Assembly: GCA_008690995.1 (NCBI GenBank)
Contig: VRMN01000004.1
Span: forward strand, 682,001-746,000
Origin: Porphyridium purpureum
Lineage: Eukaryota
DNA length: 64,000 bases
Reading direction: 5' to 3'
Below, piece after piece: positions 52,801 to 62,900 of this stretch. The notes under the pieces are model-generated. The model did not search any database. It was not told where the DNA came from and saw only the letters and a list, made by a program, of their open reading frames with translations. The translations under genes and the position numbers were made by a program. The number at the start of each line of letters is the position of its first letter. Position 1 is the stretch's first letter.

Positions 52801-55800
52801 AGTTTCATGCAGTACTGCTTTGCCGTCTTCTCCACATGTGTGAATGCGGGTTGCTTTTTGGCCGCTGAAACGCCTGTAATGGCGCTCCGTTCACTGCTCT
52901 TGGAAGAATCAAAGGGCACTGCAGGCTTAAATTTCCCGCAGGTGTCGGTTGGTTCCAGCGCCAGTCCCGGGGATAGCGCCTTCGATGCGAGTGCAGCGAT
53001 ACCCATGAAGGGATACGGCTTGTATTTTGATCTGCATGGCAAAGGCAAAAAAATGACGAGTCTCACTGGGAGCGGTCCTTCGGATGTGGGGGTCAACGTT
53101 GAGGACGCTGAGCGTTCAGGCTCGAATGGGGAATCCGAGACATACAGTGTAGACCGAACGCTTGTGGATTTGTTTGAAGCGCACTTGATGCTAAAATCCG
53201 GAAAACTGTTTGACTGTCAGAAGCTGCTGCGGCATCTGCTTGAGCACAAGTTGCCGTATGGCTTGCGCCTGCGCGCGCTCGAGTCGTACGCGCGCGTGGC
53301 GTATGCCATGGGCCAGTTTCATTGCTGTACGGATCTATGTGAGGAGGTGCAAAAAGAAAGTCTCACACTCCGCTCGTTTTACGCGAACCGAAGCCAGAAC
53401 AATTACGATACGGACGGCCGTTACCTAGATCGGAAGGGTGTCGCTTTTGGCAACCGCGCGACTTCTGGCTTCGGAGCGATGGAAAATGGCATGGACGGCA
53501 GGACTGGAAATGATGACGCTGAAAGAAGGTTAAGCATGGACGCGTTCAAACAGCTTCAGAACACTTTGATCGAGCTGAGAAAGCGTAAGAGCCAACTCAG
53601 TCAGTTCTTTGGTGGTACCGCGTCCTTCTCGGGCCCGGTACGACGACATCGCCAGTCGCAGGCTCGAATGTCGACATCAGAGACCAGCCCCGGCAACTCG
53701 ACTTCGGCGTCATTTTCCGCATCCTTTTTCTTGCGTAGTGATGATGACGATGATGACGATGATGACGATGATGGCGATGATGGGAATGCCAGTAATGAGG
53801 GTTCTTTGAAAAGATCCACGTCGATGTCAGCGTTCAACTTTAGCCGTTGGAATTCTAGAAGCTCGAAAGGTCCACGATCGCATCGAGAGAGCGGTACTTT
53901 TCGACGTCACGCAAGCCGGGCGCTTTCTGAGAAATCAAATGAAGGAGCGACTGCCGTTGGGCCGACGCGCACGGTGTCATCGCGTAGCTCGTTCGACCTT
54001 GACGGAGAACAGCATCACTCGCATCAGGATGCATGTCACGTAGATGGCGTAGGCGACGGGGCAGAAATCGCTGACAGTCTGATGGATGAAGGCGGCGCGG
54101 CGGCCCTTGAGTCGCTGCTGATTCCTGAGATTGAGTTCTTGCGCATCAAGTCTTTAATCAAGAGCGAGAAATACTGTCCGGCGGCGCAGGCGTTGTCTGA
54201 TTTTGTGGAGTGCCTGGACGAGTCCAACCTACAATATCAGGCTCGATGTTCATTTCTGCGCGGCCGTATTTTATTCGAACTCTCGCGTTCCAGTAATCCG
54301 CAGTCCTCTTTCCGCGGCGGCGGCACATGCATTCACGGCGTGTCCGATTGCCCGTTTACACTGCACTCGGAAAAGGAAAGCGAAAGTCCGGTTGATAACG
54401 TAGGTTTTTTGGTGGCTCGATCGCTCCGCGCTTTTGAAGAGGCCGAACGACTTTACAATACTGTAGGTGATGAAGCGCACGCCCGCAAAGCGCGCTCGTA
54501 TTGGCTCAAGATGGCACTTGATTGGCTGTTCTCGCAGTGTGTGCTACGTCTCCGCGTGCCAAGCGCAAATTTTGGTGCAACAGAATCGGGTTCGGCACAG
54601 CAGGAGAGTCGTCGAGGCGGTTTGGCGGTCAACGGTAAGGACCATTATGATCAGGGCCAAACTACGGGTCAAAAGAAAGCGGGCGTTTTTGCCGGGTCAG
54701 GACATTTTACTGATGGAAATGACCATAATTATCGAGAGCCTCTTGGACCCGGTCATGCGGGCGAGGAATTCATGTCGCTGGAAGAAGCAAGGGTGCTCGT
54801 GGACTCGGCGAGCCGAATTCGGCGCGTGGGGCTTGATCTTGAATACGACTCGCATTCAGCCCCGTCCCCGTCGGCGGCGCGTGACCCTTTTCGTATTGAC
54901 CTCGCAGTACTCGACAGCACATGTGTGCAGTTGCTAAATTGGTACAGCGTCACGGACTGTGACCCTTTGAACGTCATTGACGCGTTGACCAGCATGAGCG
55001 AGTTTCGTTTTCTGAAGAGCCTGGAGCAGGAGCGCATGCAAGCTAAAGCCGACCAGGCCGACAGGGCGGCGTCGTGCGTGCAGAAAGGATACGATCCAAA
55101 TGTGTCCCATTCACAGTCACCATCTCAGGTAGAATCGGTGGAAAGCTCGGTTCCGAGAGGGCAAAATCTGTCGACGTCGTCCAGAGGGGGAAAAAAGAGT
55201 AGGGAAAACAAACATTCCGTTACGACACCAACAAAGCGGGCACCGACGCAGGCGTGGAAAGAATGGTTGCTCATTGCATGGGACCACTTCAAGCGGATGT
55301 ATGTTAAGCTACCATCGCTGCGTGTGCTTATCGTGCCGTGCGCGCCGTTGGGCAAATTGCAGCGTTTGAAGCGTTTGCTGGGTCGAATGGTTCGTTTGCT
55401 ACTTTTTGATCAGTACGCGACAGACGGTGGACCGAACGGCAAAAGCATGGAAGTGCACCTGCAAGCACTCGAAGTGTATACGACATTACAAGTGGATCTG
55501 TGGCGCCGCATGAATCTAGCACAAGAGTTTGACCGCAACCCGTCTCTCCATGTTGCAGCGGGTGATGACGACTTACGCGATATGCTGAATTTGCTTGCCT
55601 CGCGTAACCGTGCAGCTTCTTCTAACAGTGCATCGCACCCCGACTATGGTGCGAGCCGTGTGGGCTGGTTGCACCGCATTCGAGTAGCAGTGTCCGGGGA
55701 TTACGAGATGGCGCATGGATTGAATATTCCCGTGGAATCCGACCGAGCACCCCGAAAACAGCCGTCTGGAGGGGCGGGCGCTGTGGTGAACTTCATTGGA

Positions 55801-58764
55801 CAAGAAAGCATCGAGCTAACCAAGACAGGCTTTCGTATGCTTGTTTTAGACTCGCAGAAGGTGCTGACATCGAATATTCGCACGCACCTGGCACTGCTCA
55901 TGGCCGATAACCCGATTGAGTTCAATATTGTTCTCCGTCGTTCCCGCGACAGTGACGATAGCGGCGCGCGGCGAAAGGAAGACACTTTTGGTGCCACAGC
56001 AATGTCGCTCATGACGGATCCGCGCACTGGTCTTGGCTTCCTGCTTGCAAGACTGAGAGAGCACGAGAAGGAAAGCGAAGAAGACCGCGTGGTTGAAAAG
56101 GCATTCATGCCATTAGAACACGTTGTATGGTCATACGTCGCTCGACTCAAAGTGGAGCGCGAACGTTTTGCTTGGGGCCAGCTCTCATTGGAGGAGTTTC
56201 GCCAACGCTCGAACGCCATTGTGTCGCTATGGGCACGGTCAGTGGGCGAGGCACTGTCGAGCGACCTGTTGATTCCGCGCATCCAGGCGCTTCATGAAGA
56301 AGAGCAACGGCAGCATCATGCCGAACTCGGGAAGAGTGCATCTGGGGGCCGGGCAGACGAAAGCAGTGGTGCATCTCGGGGCGATGCGCACGCGCCGACT
56401 CCTTTCGTATCGCAGGAACCCACTGCTAGTAGCGTATGTCTACCAATATGGGTGTCTGACGGAGGGGCAGACGACCAGGCAAAAAAGCGTCACTCAGGGG
56501 GCGGCAAAAAATCAATTTCCATCTCTGCTTCACGGCCTTCTTCGGCTCGGGAAAAGGACGAGAGACATTCAGCGGGGATGTATTCTCCCGTTGAGGCAGA
56601 CGCACATGTGCAGGAGATTGATACTAATATAGCTGAGATTCGGGGAGAGGCGGCAAAGTATTCGCGCTCCTGGTACGTGCCAAAAAAGGTGCGGGAACAA
56701 TTGGTGTTTGTCGTGCACGCAGAGGGGATGCTTGGGTACTTTGCCGTGCATCTGGGCGGCTGCTTCCGTAAGTTTGCTTTCTCAGGGAAAAACACGGTGC
56801 TTCGCCCGCACGAGTTGATTGCAGTGTATACCCAGGGCAACAAGGCAAAGCCAGCGATGAACTTGGACGCTAACAATAATGTAATTGGGGTGACGGCGCC
56901 GGCCAAAGTGGTCCTACCCGCACCCTCTTCGGCAGCCGCCGCCGCGAGCTCGAACAGCAGTTATGACGACACATTTGCATTTCGCAAGCTTCAACGCGCC
57001 GAGCTGGAGTATCTGTACTCTTTGGTCAACGAGAACGGCATTCATCGACGTGTACTCCAACGTGGTGGTGCATCTGCCGCGGCGTTTGAGTTGGACTTGA
57101 ATCTAGACGTATTTCTTGCGAACCCATATGATGAAGATGAACAGGATGAACTATCGTTCGAGAAAAAGGGCGGCGATTTGGAGAAGGGTCGCATTTCGCT
57201 CGTGGCTCAACCACAAAGCACTACTGACGCCGGCTGGCCCGATGCAGGTGGTGAAATGCTAGATGGAGATGTCCGCATGGTTTCTCGAATGAGTTCCAAA
57301 CACAGCGACTTAACATCGATGGCACAAACGGCGGAGAAACCTTCCTCAAGGGCCTCAAATTTGCGCAAGACGGTGTCTATCGGAGCCAGTAGGAATGTCT
57401 CGACCGCTCCCAAATCCGCAGGCGTGCCCCTAAGTGGGGCTGTCGATCGCCTAGAGTCAAGGATCAAAATCCTACGAATGCTCGGAAATCACTTTTTGAT
57501 GGTTCCTCGGAATTTGCAGCAGATGCGCAAGATTGGCGAAGAGGCAGTCGCCGGCTCAAACTTGCCGCGCAAGGAGGCTAGTGCAGCGTACAAGAGCGAC
57601 CGCATGTACTTTGTTATTGACGCTGGACTCCACGCGCTGCCGTGGGAGCTGCTGGTGAACCACACTGTCATTCGATCTTTAACGCTTGAGGACGCGTGCC
57701 GTGCAAAGCGCGTCGACATGAGCACCGCACCACAAGCTAGCGGCGACGCGTCCATTACAAGAAAAAACACGACGATCAACCTAGCCGGAAGCAAGCTCAA
57801 CGAAACGCCCCAAGCCCGCTCGTACTCTAAACATTCGGGAGGAGCGCATCGCGACCATGTTCAAGTCCAGTCAACAGTGGCGCTGCGAAGGGACGCGGAC
57901 GTGTTTGGGATTATTTGCTTCGGAGAAGCGCCGCGCGATGACTACGAATCAGATATGCGTCTAGAGCTGCTGGCTGAACACTCGATTGCAAACGTGAGCG
58001 GTGAGGAGCCAGTTGACCTGACCCGCAAGCTGGGCACGTACGGCTCAGCCTTTTCATTCTACCCGTATAGCCAGCAGTCGCAGCAGCGGCACATTGGACC
58101 GGTTACTTCGCCACTGTTCCTTTCTCGGCGCGAAAAGCGCGAGCCCAAATCCTTGGGCGTGACACTGCGTGACGGTAAGGGAGCTATTTCTGGCATGTTC
58201 GCGTTTGTCCGCAAGTCGCCAGGTGGTGCGGGCATTGGCGGCGGCGGTGGTGGCGGGATGAGCCTAAGCGACGGCATGCCAGGCCTACGCAAAGCGATTA
58301 AGTCGAAATATGACGCGGGCGTGAGTTACGTTGGCAAACTTGCTGAGGTTGGGCGCCTGGGCACACATCACGCAGTGGTCCACCGGCTGGCGGTCTCTGG
58401 TCTGGACGTCGCAACATGTAGCCAGCTCACGGAGGCCATCAACTCGCGTGGGAGCTTGGTGAGAGACTTCCGTTCTTTTGTGATTCTATTCACCTTTGCC
58501 GACCTGCTTGAGCTGTCGCCCTCAGTATTTGACCTTTTGAAGCGCGAGTATATGGGGTCTGTGGTGCTTGTTTTTGCACCAGCCTCACAGGTCGCCATCG
58601 TGTCAAAAATTTTGCAGGATTGGGAAATGATCGAGAATGTCGGCGCAGAATTTGTCAAACACGGCACCCTCAAGCGAGCGGTGCGCACCATGGTTACTGA
58701 CCTGTCGAAGATCTGCCGCGACAAGCTCATTCCTGCTGCCTTTTTCTTGGGCGACGATGTGTAA
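46801..58764 (+). CDS. Giant (3987 aa) intronless hypothetical protein; helical/TPR-like blocks and a C-terminal CHAT/separase-like motif
   Basis: 12-kb uninterrupted ATG ORF; MYFVIDAGLHALPWELL near the C-terminus. Confidence 0.8.
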   Translation: MAGDSRSRALSTGSDDQSFFSMRSSMGSRRRSIGTPRAQQQDSQHSTAPVHQPVVHTSQTGLGPPSEMQSDAHSPLFRVHSPRREWKMMRSLQSSQKRSMPHADESMNHREQGARQQSVPQAQGSPRKGGSKGFTNLIPKSSFGWTSREKQSHQHQTTSPGVGAAEASFASRGGLLDRSGRGNVHAASVAPLEAALDSSDSENEILPFGPARSLSPPGAGLARMRSTETTSDEDNDDDEFLDSYRDAQNETQVIGVLADPDAVKEEWGDDFVLESDTLLDGNALSVTHAPSSTTGHAGSASLPLARQSGKRHDVTSLSATTSTSSLEALIHPVSKSLASSDPHSTDSLQDVARKILECLKSSKPSESLPSPRSSQLDKISLAPTDQDESRLSSLPFSHPVQEAAPEEAYSVRESSSVSPEDAATRNFGLVRAFSDIGDEVKRFVSMTLTRGSTALTGAHLGNDSSARIAHGALDTALIGPEPYGDARVFESLDIAAAGIGLDMFGDMAVESLCSFVSKHRIRLVSPSEFCSPAVYGHACSVHKPFLLEALANHATTAGESTRSEQDWNAERTFSNLIENECVERTHFLCELEHDDSIQCSSLDNMLTIFSWEICAARNLVLRDKCPRAARSTETGMSAAVSAFGHGRGLAAAHLLSESLTLKQSGLVDKARVVMVRALLEIAPSVPCLGVTDVSTKGESKAQCVFQPIERELMSRIDYKDVLTAVMLLWEFGLLERESSTDRVSQAVLYWRVGLALCSECWPQSSLERSRDARSTICQLDVEAHKIWSVALSRESEFQTRKDDTFVWPKFWSLNFSLALISTVMDAGQGEGAGLGSSLGMSPIPSPSPSRDAASVPLQFETAFKLGVSALHLIFGNLMIGMTEYGSDAAVSVSHVAPYPISKTIALLSKMTEAALQVGALHFGTRCSRWLFELGTALLNAPLQIAAAKTMDMFAAVMVLQRGLPSEESCSHSPVMLVERLRAARIRMSRGRDMNDAGNDEDDEDEDWDAEIEGELNVRISRYVDDLNLDFSFAAENTTGGSHELLSKTMGTRAMTGTDALVQNVGVLKLRPLEFESRAAIRRRLQNKKSRSLGGGVIQGTQTGGDVKQTLVSGFMIRDTFSASAFSHMLNTFVLSRGDRHTAGISDRSAMRHSRAEVHAERIMHGGAGLSSSSGAHDEARAVPEESVVDDSPKLRNQIQSVRPKDILSEFLEKSKSVSRPSLEWSALLLDTIHRIVYVPKVSDLELSQMETIMLSFFETTKRYARTVPILDENSLRNRQLLLAMSTLILWVARGFALRDARQYPAFRHMTDLHAQCCSSYVYARWLESVLISTTPSKSSHRISLDTTGPRDFRVCLEPECSVRDRSDSRVGFKSPARRRAERISICWEDTFQLVHVLNLLECEFSVGQSACKPIKWDFYFVDRIVSSLTSLSVIPRTATGDLVSPRAAPSSFAARAIHAENEKRNSIRESLLQISHAEQSTFVRLIHACAYARINLERFIAECKGEVDDFSGGPQLAQHADTFAEYMKRMHDEEQRRCGMRLSQETSMFEDFWAGLRRPVAGLDQTVTETPVWNALSGLPVIHQPLGVYTLILTTLYLASVNVDPSWLKTMDLEKAEIDFIDGKKKELFGRVKDHLETNLQSRHWPDRNRSTNPSAVTGSTFAGSPDDSSTISRKPSRSRWDRTSSFGRSFDAGNENGNKNANEDDMSGPALSGSLGSAPSASFSSSNEDALASFLPNLFSRKKSKRSKKLDDADPQRDLSGPAAVADGVAQAGMHMISPPRAGSTGDRAFRAEYDEVRRTLGWFETVLDEVAERDMFVIKQVISEIDFSAIIFQLGKLYPYISGGHLPHARVAIALAHYELNVLKRYAMAEKMLFDAVLIQMWLNGAFSEANYFSKSPYVDNPLLKKSIMTANHTLEGTPTILRLFGEVALENGKYEHAMAALSASLSRYEALTNRNDEYLEQLLHLVWIANSKSDWRRALLMLSTIAKHAKPKEGKRNSFMQYCFAVFSTCVNAGCFLAAETPVMALRSLLLEESKGTAGLNFPQVSVGSSASPGDSAFDASAAIPMKGYGLYFDLHGKGKKMTSLTGSGPSDVGVNVEDAERSGSNGESETYSVDRTLVDLFEAHLMLKSGKLFDCQKLLRHLLEHKLPYGLRLRALESYARVAYAMGQFHCCTDLCEEVQKESLTLRSFYANRSQNNYDTDGRYLDRKGVAFGNRATSGFGAMENGMDGRTGNDDAERRLSMDAFKQLQNTLIELRKRKSQLSQFFGGTASFSGPVRRHRQSQARMSTSETSPGNSTSASFSASFFLRSDDDDDDDDDDDGDDGNASNEGSLKRSTSMSAFNFSRWNSRSSKGPRSHRESGTFRRHASRALSEKSNEGATAVGPTRTVSSRSSFDLDGEQHHSHQDACHVDGVGDGAEIADSLMDEGGAAALESLLIPEIEFLRIKSLIKSEKYCPAAQALSDFVECLDESNLQYQARCSFLRGRILFELSRSSNPQSSFRGGGTCIHGVSDCPFTLHSEKESESPVDNVGFLVARSLRAFEEAERLYNTVGDEAHARKARSYWLKMALDWLFSQCVLRLRVPSANFGATESGSAQQESRRGGLAVNGKDHYDQGQTTGQKKAGVFAGSGHFTDGNDHNYREPLGPGHAGEEFMSLEEARVLVDSASRIRRVGLDLEYDSHSAPSPSAARDPFRIDLAVLDSTCVQLLNWYSVTDCDPLNVIDALTSMSEFRFLKSLEQERMQAKADQADRAASCVQKGYDPNVSHSQSPSQVESVESSVPRGQNLSTSSRGGKKSRENKHSVTTPTKRAPTQAWKEWLLIAWDHFKRMYVKLPSLRVLIVPCAPLGKLQRLKRLLGRMVRLLLFDQYATDGGPNGKSMEVHLQALEVYTTLQVDLWRRMNLAQEFDRNPSLHVAAGDDDLRDMLNLLASRNRAASSNSASHPDYGASRVGWLHRIRVAVSGDYEMAHGLNIPVESDRAPRKQPSGGAGAVVNFIGQESIELTKTGFRMLVLDSQKVLTSNIRTHLALLMADNPIEFNIVLRRSRDSDDSGARRKEDTFGATAMSLMTDPRTGLGFLLARLREHEKESEEDRVVEKAFMPLEHVVWSYVARLKVERERFAWGQLSLEEFRQRSNAIVSLWARSVGEALSSDLLIPRIQALHEEEQRQHHAELGKSASGGRADESSGASRGDAHAPTPFVSQEPTASSVCLPIWVSDGGADDQAKKRHSGGGKKSISISASRPSSAREKDERHSAGMYSPVEADAHVQEIDTNIAEIRGEAAKYSRSWYVPKKVREQLVFVVHAEGMLGYFAVHLGGCFRKFAFSGKNTVLRPHELIAVYTQGNKAKPAMNLDANNNVIGVTAPAKVVLPAPSSAAAAASSNSSYDDTFAFRKLQRAELEYLYSLVNENGIHRRVLQRGGASAAAFELDLNLDVFLANPYDEDEQDELSFEKKGGDLEKGRISLVAQPQSTTDAGWPDAGGEMLDGDVRMVSRMSSKHSDLTSMAQTAEKPSSRASNLRKTVSIGASRNVSTAPKSAGVPLSGAVDRLESRIKILRMLGNHFLMVPRNLQQMRKIGEEAVAGSNLPRKEASAAYKSDRMYFVIDAGLHALPWELLVNHTVIRSLTLEDACRAKRVDMSTAPQASGDASITRKNTTINLAGSKLNETPQARSYSKHSGGAHRDHVQVQSTVALRRDADVFGIICFGEAPRDDYESDMRLELLAEHSIANVSGEEPVDLTRKLGTYGSAFSFYPYSQQSQQRHIGPVTSPLFLSRREKREPKSLGVTLRDGKGAISGMFAFVRKSPGGAGIGGGGGGGMSLSDGMPGLRKAIKSKYDAGVSYVGKLAEVGRLGTHHAVVHRLAVSGLDVATCSQLTEAINSRGSLVRDFRSFVILFTFADLLELSPSVFDLLKREYMGSVVLVFAPASQVAIVSKILQDWEMIENVGAEFVKHGTLKRAVRTMVTDLSKICRDKLIPAAFFLGDDV

Positions 58765-58999
58765 TGGTAGTGACAAAGATCGCTGAGAAGGAGTACGTAC
58801 AAGGATTACAGACACATACACACATTATCCGTGGACTGGCTCTGCAAAAGCGTCAAAAACGTTCAGCGAAGCGGTTGTTCACCAGCCGCCACGTGCCTAG
58901 TTCGGTCTACACCACTTCAATGATGCCTAGGTCTGACGATAGCAGCACGTGGCGAGGAATTCTAGCCTGCAGTAGCACAGAATCGCCAATAAAATGACG

Positions 59000-59740
59000 T
59001 CTTTGTATTTCGCGAAAGTGTTTGTAGTTATTCCATATCTAGGCGACGCCAATCATGCCTTCGCTGGCTGCTAACGAACGCATTATTCGGACCCGGATGA
59101 AACGAAAAATTCAAAATCTCTCTAGGAGCGTCACATAGAAGACATGTGTGGCGCCTATGCAGAGCTCGCCACGTGTCCCTTTGTTGAATCATCGCTTGAG
59201 GCATGCAGAGCAATGCGTTGTTCTGTACTGCCGGAGAACGCGTGAAATATCAGCCAAAGGCGTGGCAAAGTCGTTGATCCACGCTAAGCGCGCGCCCGCG
59301 TCGACAAACTATTCGCCGAATGGACAATTGTGCTTGATCAGCGTGGAAAACAGGCTAGTTTCTGTGCTGTTGTATTGTCCACTTGTGACGCACTGCAATA
59401 TTTTGTCATGCAGATGCGCCGAATGATCAAGTAGCAGCGGGTGAGACATCACAAAAGGCCGCCGGATGCGGTGCGGCAGCAATGCACGCGTGCTAATCAG
59501 GCTTTCGCCCATCCGCAGACCACGAGAATGGTCTGACTCACGAGCATGCTGGATCTCGGCCAGCTCGTCCAGATCGCTTTACAAGTCTGGCAAGCTCATG
59601 TACATCAATAACACAAGAAATACAAAGGCTACGCCGGTCGCAGTCACCACGAGCCGCCAGATCCTGGCAATGCACCTGCTCTATTCGGGCACGACGCATG
59701 CGCGCCACCGCCTCTTTGCTTGAGAGCGTCCTTGTCCATT
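59000..59740 (-). pseudogene. Probable decayed type II membrane FkbM-like methyltransferase
   Basis: One frame gives TM WRLVVTATGVAFVFLVLLMYM, then GQYNSTETSLFSTLIK...GE*FVDAGARLAW (cf. FvDvGAniG), with several stops. Confidence 0.4.
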
Positions 59741-59921
59741 CCAACCACCTCTCGCGTCGTCCTTCGAGATTCCCCCAATCGCATGCGCCGCAGCTCCTCA
59801 TCACCAAACGGTTTAGCGGTTAATCCCGAGAGCTGCAGCTCGCTGCTCCGTTAACGCCAAGTTCGTTTTCTTTGATTCTTTTTCGGTCTGTGTTCCTAGT
59901 TTGTTGTCACGTGTACTCTTG

Positions 59922-62900
59922 TCACTTGGCTGACGTGCGGATGTAAAAACTCATTGCGACCGACGTGCGATCTCTTTGCGCGCCGTCAGGCCGTGTCGTT
60001 GCCACCACGTCTGCTTGTTGTGGCGCGCCCATTTTGCCAGCGCCCGCTTGCAGCGGCGCACGTTTCGTGCCTTGTGTGTACGCTTCAATGGCTCGAGTCA
60101 GAACTATGTTGGGTTCTTCGATGCAGAAGCCGTGCACCATCTGAATCAGCTCCGCGCCGCGACGGCACAGTCGTGCGGGAGATAAGTTCTTGGCCGCAGG
60201 CCCGACCGGTTTCTCCCCTAGGTAGCAGCACAACGCAGCAAGCATGATCTCGAGCTTGTGTTTGGTCTCGCGCACGCGCTGCAGCTCACCTTCCCACGCG
60301 GCGAGTTCGGACGACAAATCGACTTCGCCTGACGAGTAGAGCGCCTTGAATGTTTTCAATGATGCATCGAGTTCGGAGCACACGCGCAGCATGGTTTCCA
60401 TATCTTTTGCCGCTGCGTCGCTGACCGTTGGCAACTCTACGCTCAGTGGGACTGATTCAAATCTGGTGTTACCGCGTGCGCTACGCTGCGCGACACGAAC
60501 TACATACTCAAAGAGCGAAATTGCTTTGAGCGGACTCTTCGTGCGCAGCAGACCGGCCATCGATTCGATTTTGAATCCAAGAGCGCTGCCCTTGTTCCCG
60601 TGATTTTGATTCAGGAAATTGCCGACCTGCAGCACGACCGCCAGAAATCGCTTCAGACGCTGGCTGCGCACAATTTCTTCGCACGCGCGGAACATGATAT
60701 TCATGTCGTTCACCACCAGCCGCGCATTACTCTGGAACCCCTGCATAACCAAGATTGCCTCGAGCTTAGGCTTCATCATGGCAGCATGCGGCGACTGGCT
60801 CAAGTCGCGCACATACTGTTCGGTAGCGTCGAGCTGCTCGCGTGGCACTTGAAGCAATGCCGCAATTTCATGCTCTTCGGGCGCTAATTGTGCAAGAGCA
60901 GACACAGTAGTCTCCTCGGCGGCAAGCCCGAGCCGTGGGTCCAGGAACATTGCGATCGCTTGCTCTGGCGTAGGTTGTATTGTTGCCACCAAAATCGCAA
61001 CCATGTACTTTCTTCGAGCGTCCAGCACTTCGCGAATACCGGCGGCGGCTGACGAAGAGACGCTCCCAACAGCCAAAGGCACGCTTGCCGCGGTGCTCTT
61101 TCCAAAGTAGAATGCCAGCACGCGTGGGTCAAACAGGTCGCTTCCGATGTTTGCCCCGCTATGAGATCTTTGCCATATCGCTTCAGGCGTCATCAGCTTG
61201 TCACCGATTTTGGTCCAGTGCACGTTCCGCAGCGGTACAGAGGAACAGTCGCCGTCTGCAGATACTTGTGCCAGGGCGTCCGGTGACAACTCCCCCAGGC
61301 GAATTTGGTTGGCGCGGCGCCACGCTGCCCGCTCCTGGTATGTCATCAGGGCATCGCCTATGTCAACTAGAGCTTGAAAGACGTCGGTCTGCCGCGAAAC
61401 CGACTTGGGGGCTTTCTCGCAGAACAGGACCATCACCTTTTCGAGCCGCTCGTTCATTTTTGCGTGCATCTTAGTGGCGAGCTCGGCCTTCTTCCCTCCA
61501 GACGAACTCTCCAGAAATTTGTTAAGCCGTGCGATTATACCAGGGTACCCGGATCTAAGCTCAGCAGTGGAGAGCTGCCTGACAATGTTTACGACAAGTT
61601 CCTTTGACATGAGAAACTGATCGTACTGGTCTTTGAGCGAGTCAATACCAAGGCGGTCCACATTACCGTACAGAACTTTCATCTCGGTCTTAATCGACAC
61701 TAATTCCGGAAATTTCACGAGCAGCACTTCCACCAGCACATCAAACGCCGTAAGATCACCGCGACTGCTGCGAGCCTGCGCAAGATGCATGACCTGGTCG
61801 ATCCTCACAGCCTTCGCGTTCTGTAGTGTCTTGGAATCGCGGTTAAGCGTATTGCCCAGCGCTAACATAATCTGCAGCAGCAGCCCGAGACGCGTCGACT
61901 CAAGCACCTCCTTGCATGCATCTGCCACCACTTTCATTCGCATCACGAGTGCGTCATAGTTCGATGCAAACGTGATACACTGCAGCGCAGCGGTCACGCA
62001 CTCACGAAGCATCGGTTCGCGCGCTAGCTCAAGCATAAATGCATCGGTCTCATCCACACGGTCCACGAGGTACTGCTTCGCTTGCAAATCGCCGAGCTCC
62101 GTGTCTGTGGGTGTCAGAGAAAGCAGGGCCGTGCAGGTTTCCTCAGTCATGTTCATGCAGCTACCAGAGCGGGCCGCCTCCAGAATTTCTGGGGGCTCCA
62201 TGTTCAAGGTGCTACGAACGATACTGATACCCAGCCGTCGCTGAAAGGGCAGGATCTCGGTCGCTTGCTCCGACTCTTGCGCAATGTCAGACCTTTTGAC
62301 CACCACGCTAAACAATTTTTCAATTTCCCTTGCGTCCAGCTGGACAAACGACACATCCAGTCGATCCCAAATAGAGCCAGGAACGACCTCTGCGCGGACC
62401 TTCGTCCAGTGTAAGGTGACCAGCGTGGCACTTGACATGGGAACTGGAGGGGCCTGAAGCTTTGCATGCGCTGGTGGCGCAGTTGCCGCCGACGCTTCAA
62501 GCATCTGCGGGGGCACCGGCCCCGCGACACCCGCGTCTGTATGCCCCTGCCGCTGAAGCTCCGCCTCATCCTGCTCGACATCATACGTATCCAGCTCGGC
62601 GAGCGCAAGCAGTTTTCGTTGGCGGGCTTCATCCAGAGCCTGCTGGCTGTTACTGAACACATTCTCGCGGCTGGCGTCATAGGGTAGCTGCTGTTGCTCG
62701 TTGGCCGTTGACTTGTCATTGGCTACATCCGCGCCCGCTTTGGCCTTTGGCACATAGCGAAACGATGTAATCTTGAGCAGGTCGTCATTGTTCAGCGCGG
62801 GAATGCCGGTCTTCCTTCCAAACCGCGCGGCGTCCGCGGTGTACGCAAAGTTTCCCGCGTCATCGAAAAACACCAAGTCCTTTGTCTCATTTGTTCGCTC

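Noticed and set aside
53740..53781. GAT/GAC triplet run
   Set aside because: Ordinary poly-Asp linker within the ORF.
46801..58764. Calling the giant ORF separase (ESP1)
   Set aside because: Only the LPWE motif is seen; the catalytic His and Cys motifs are not found.
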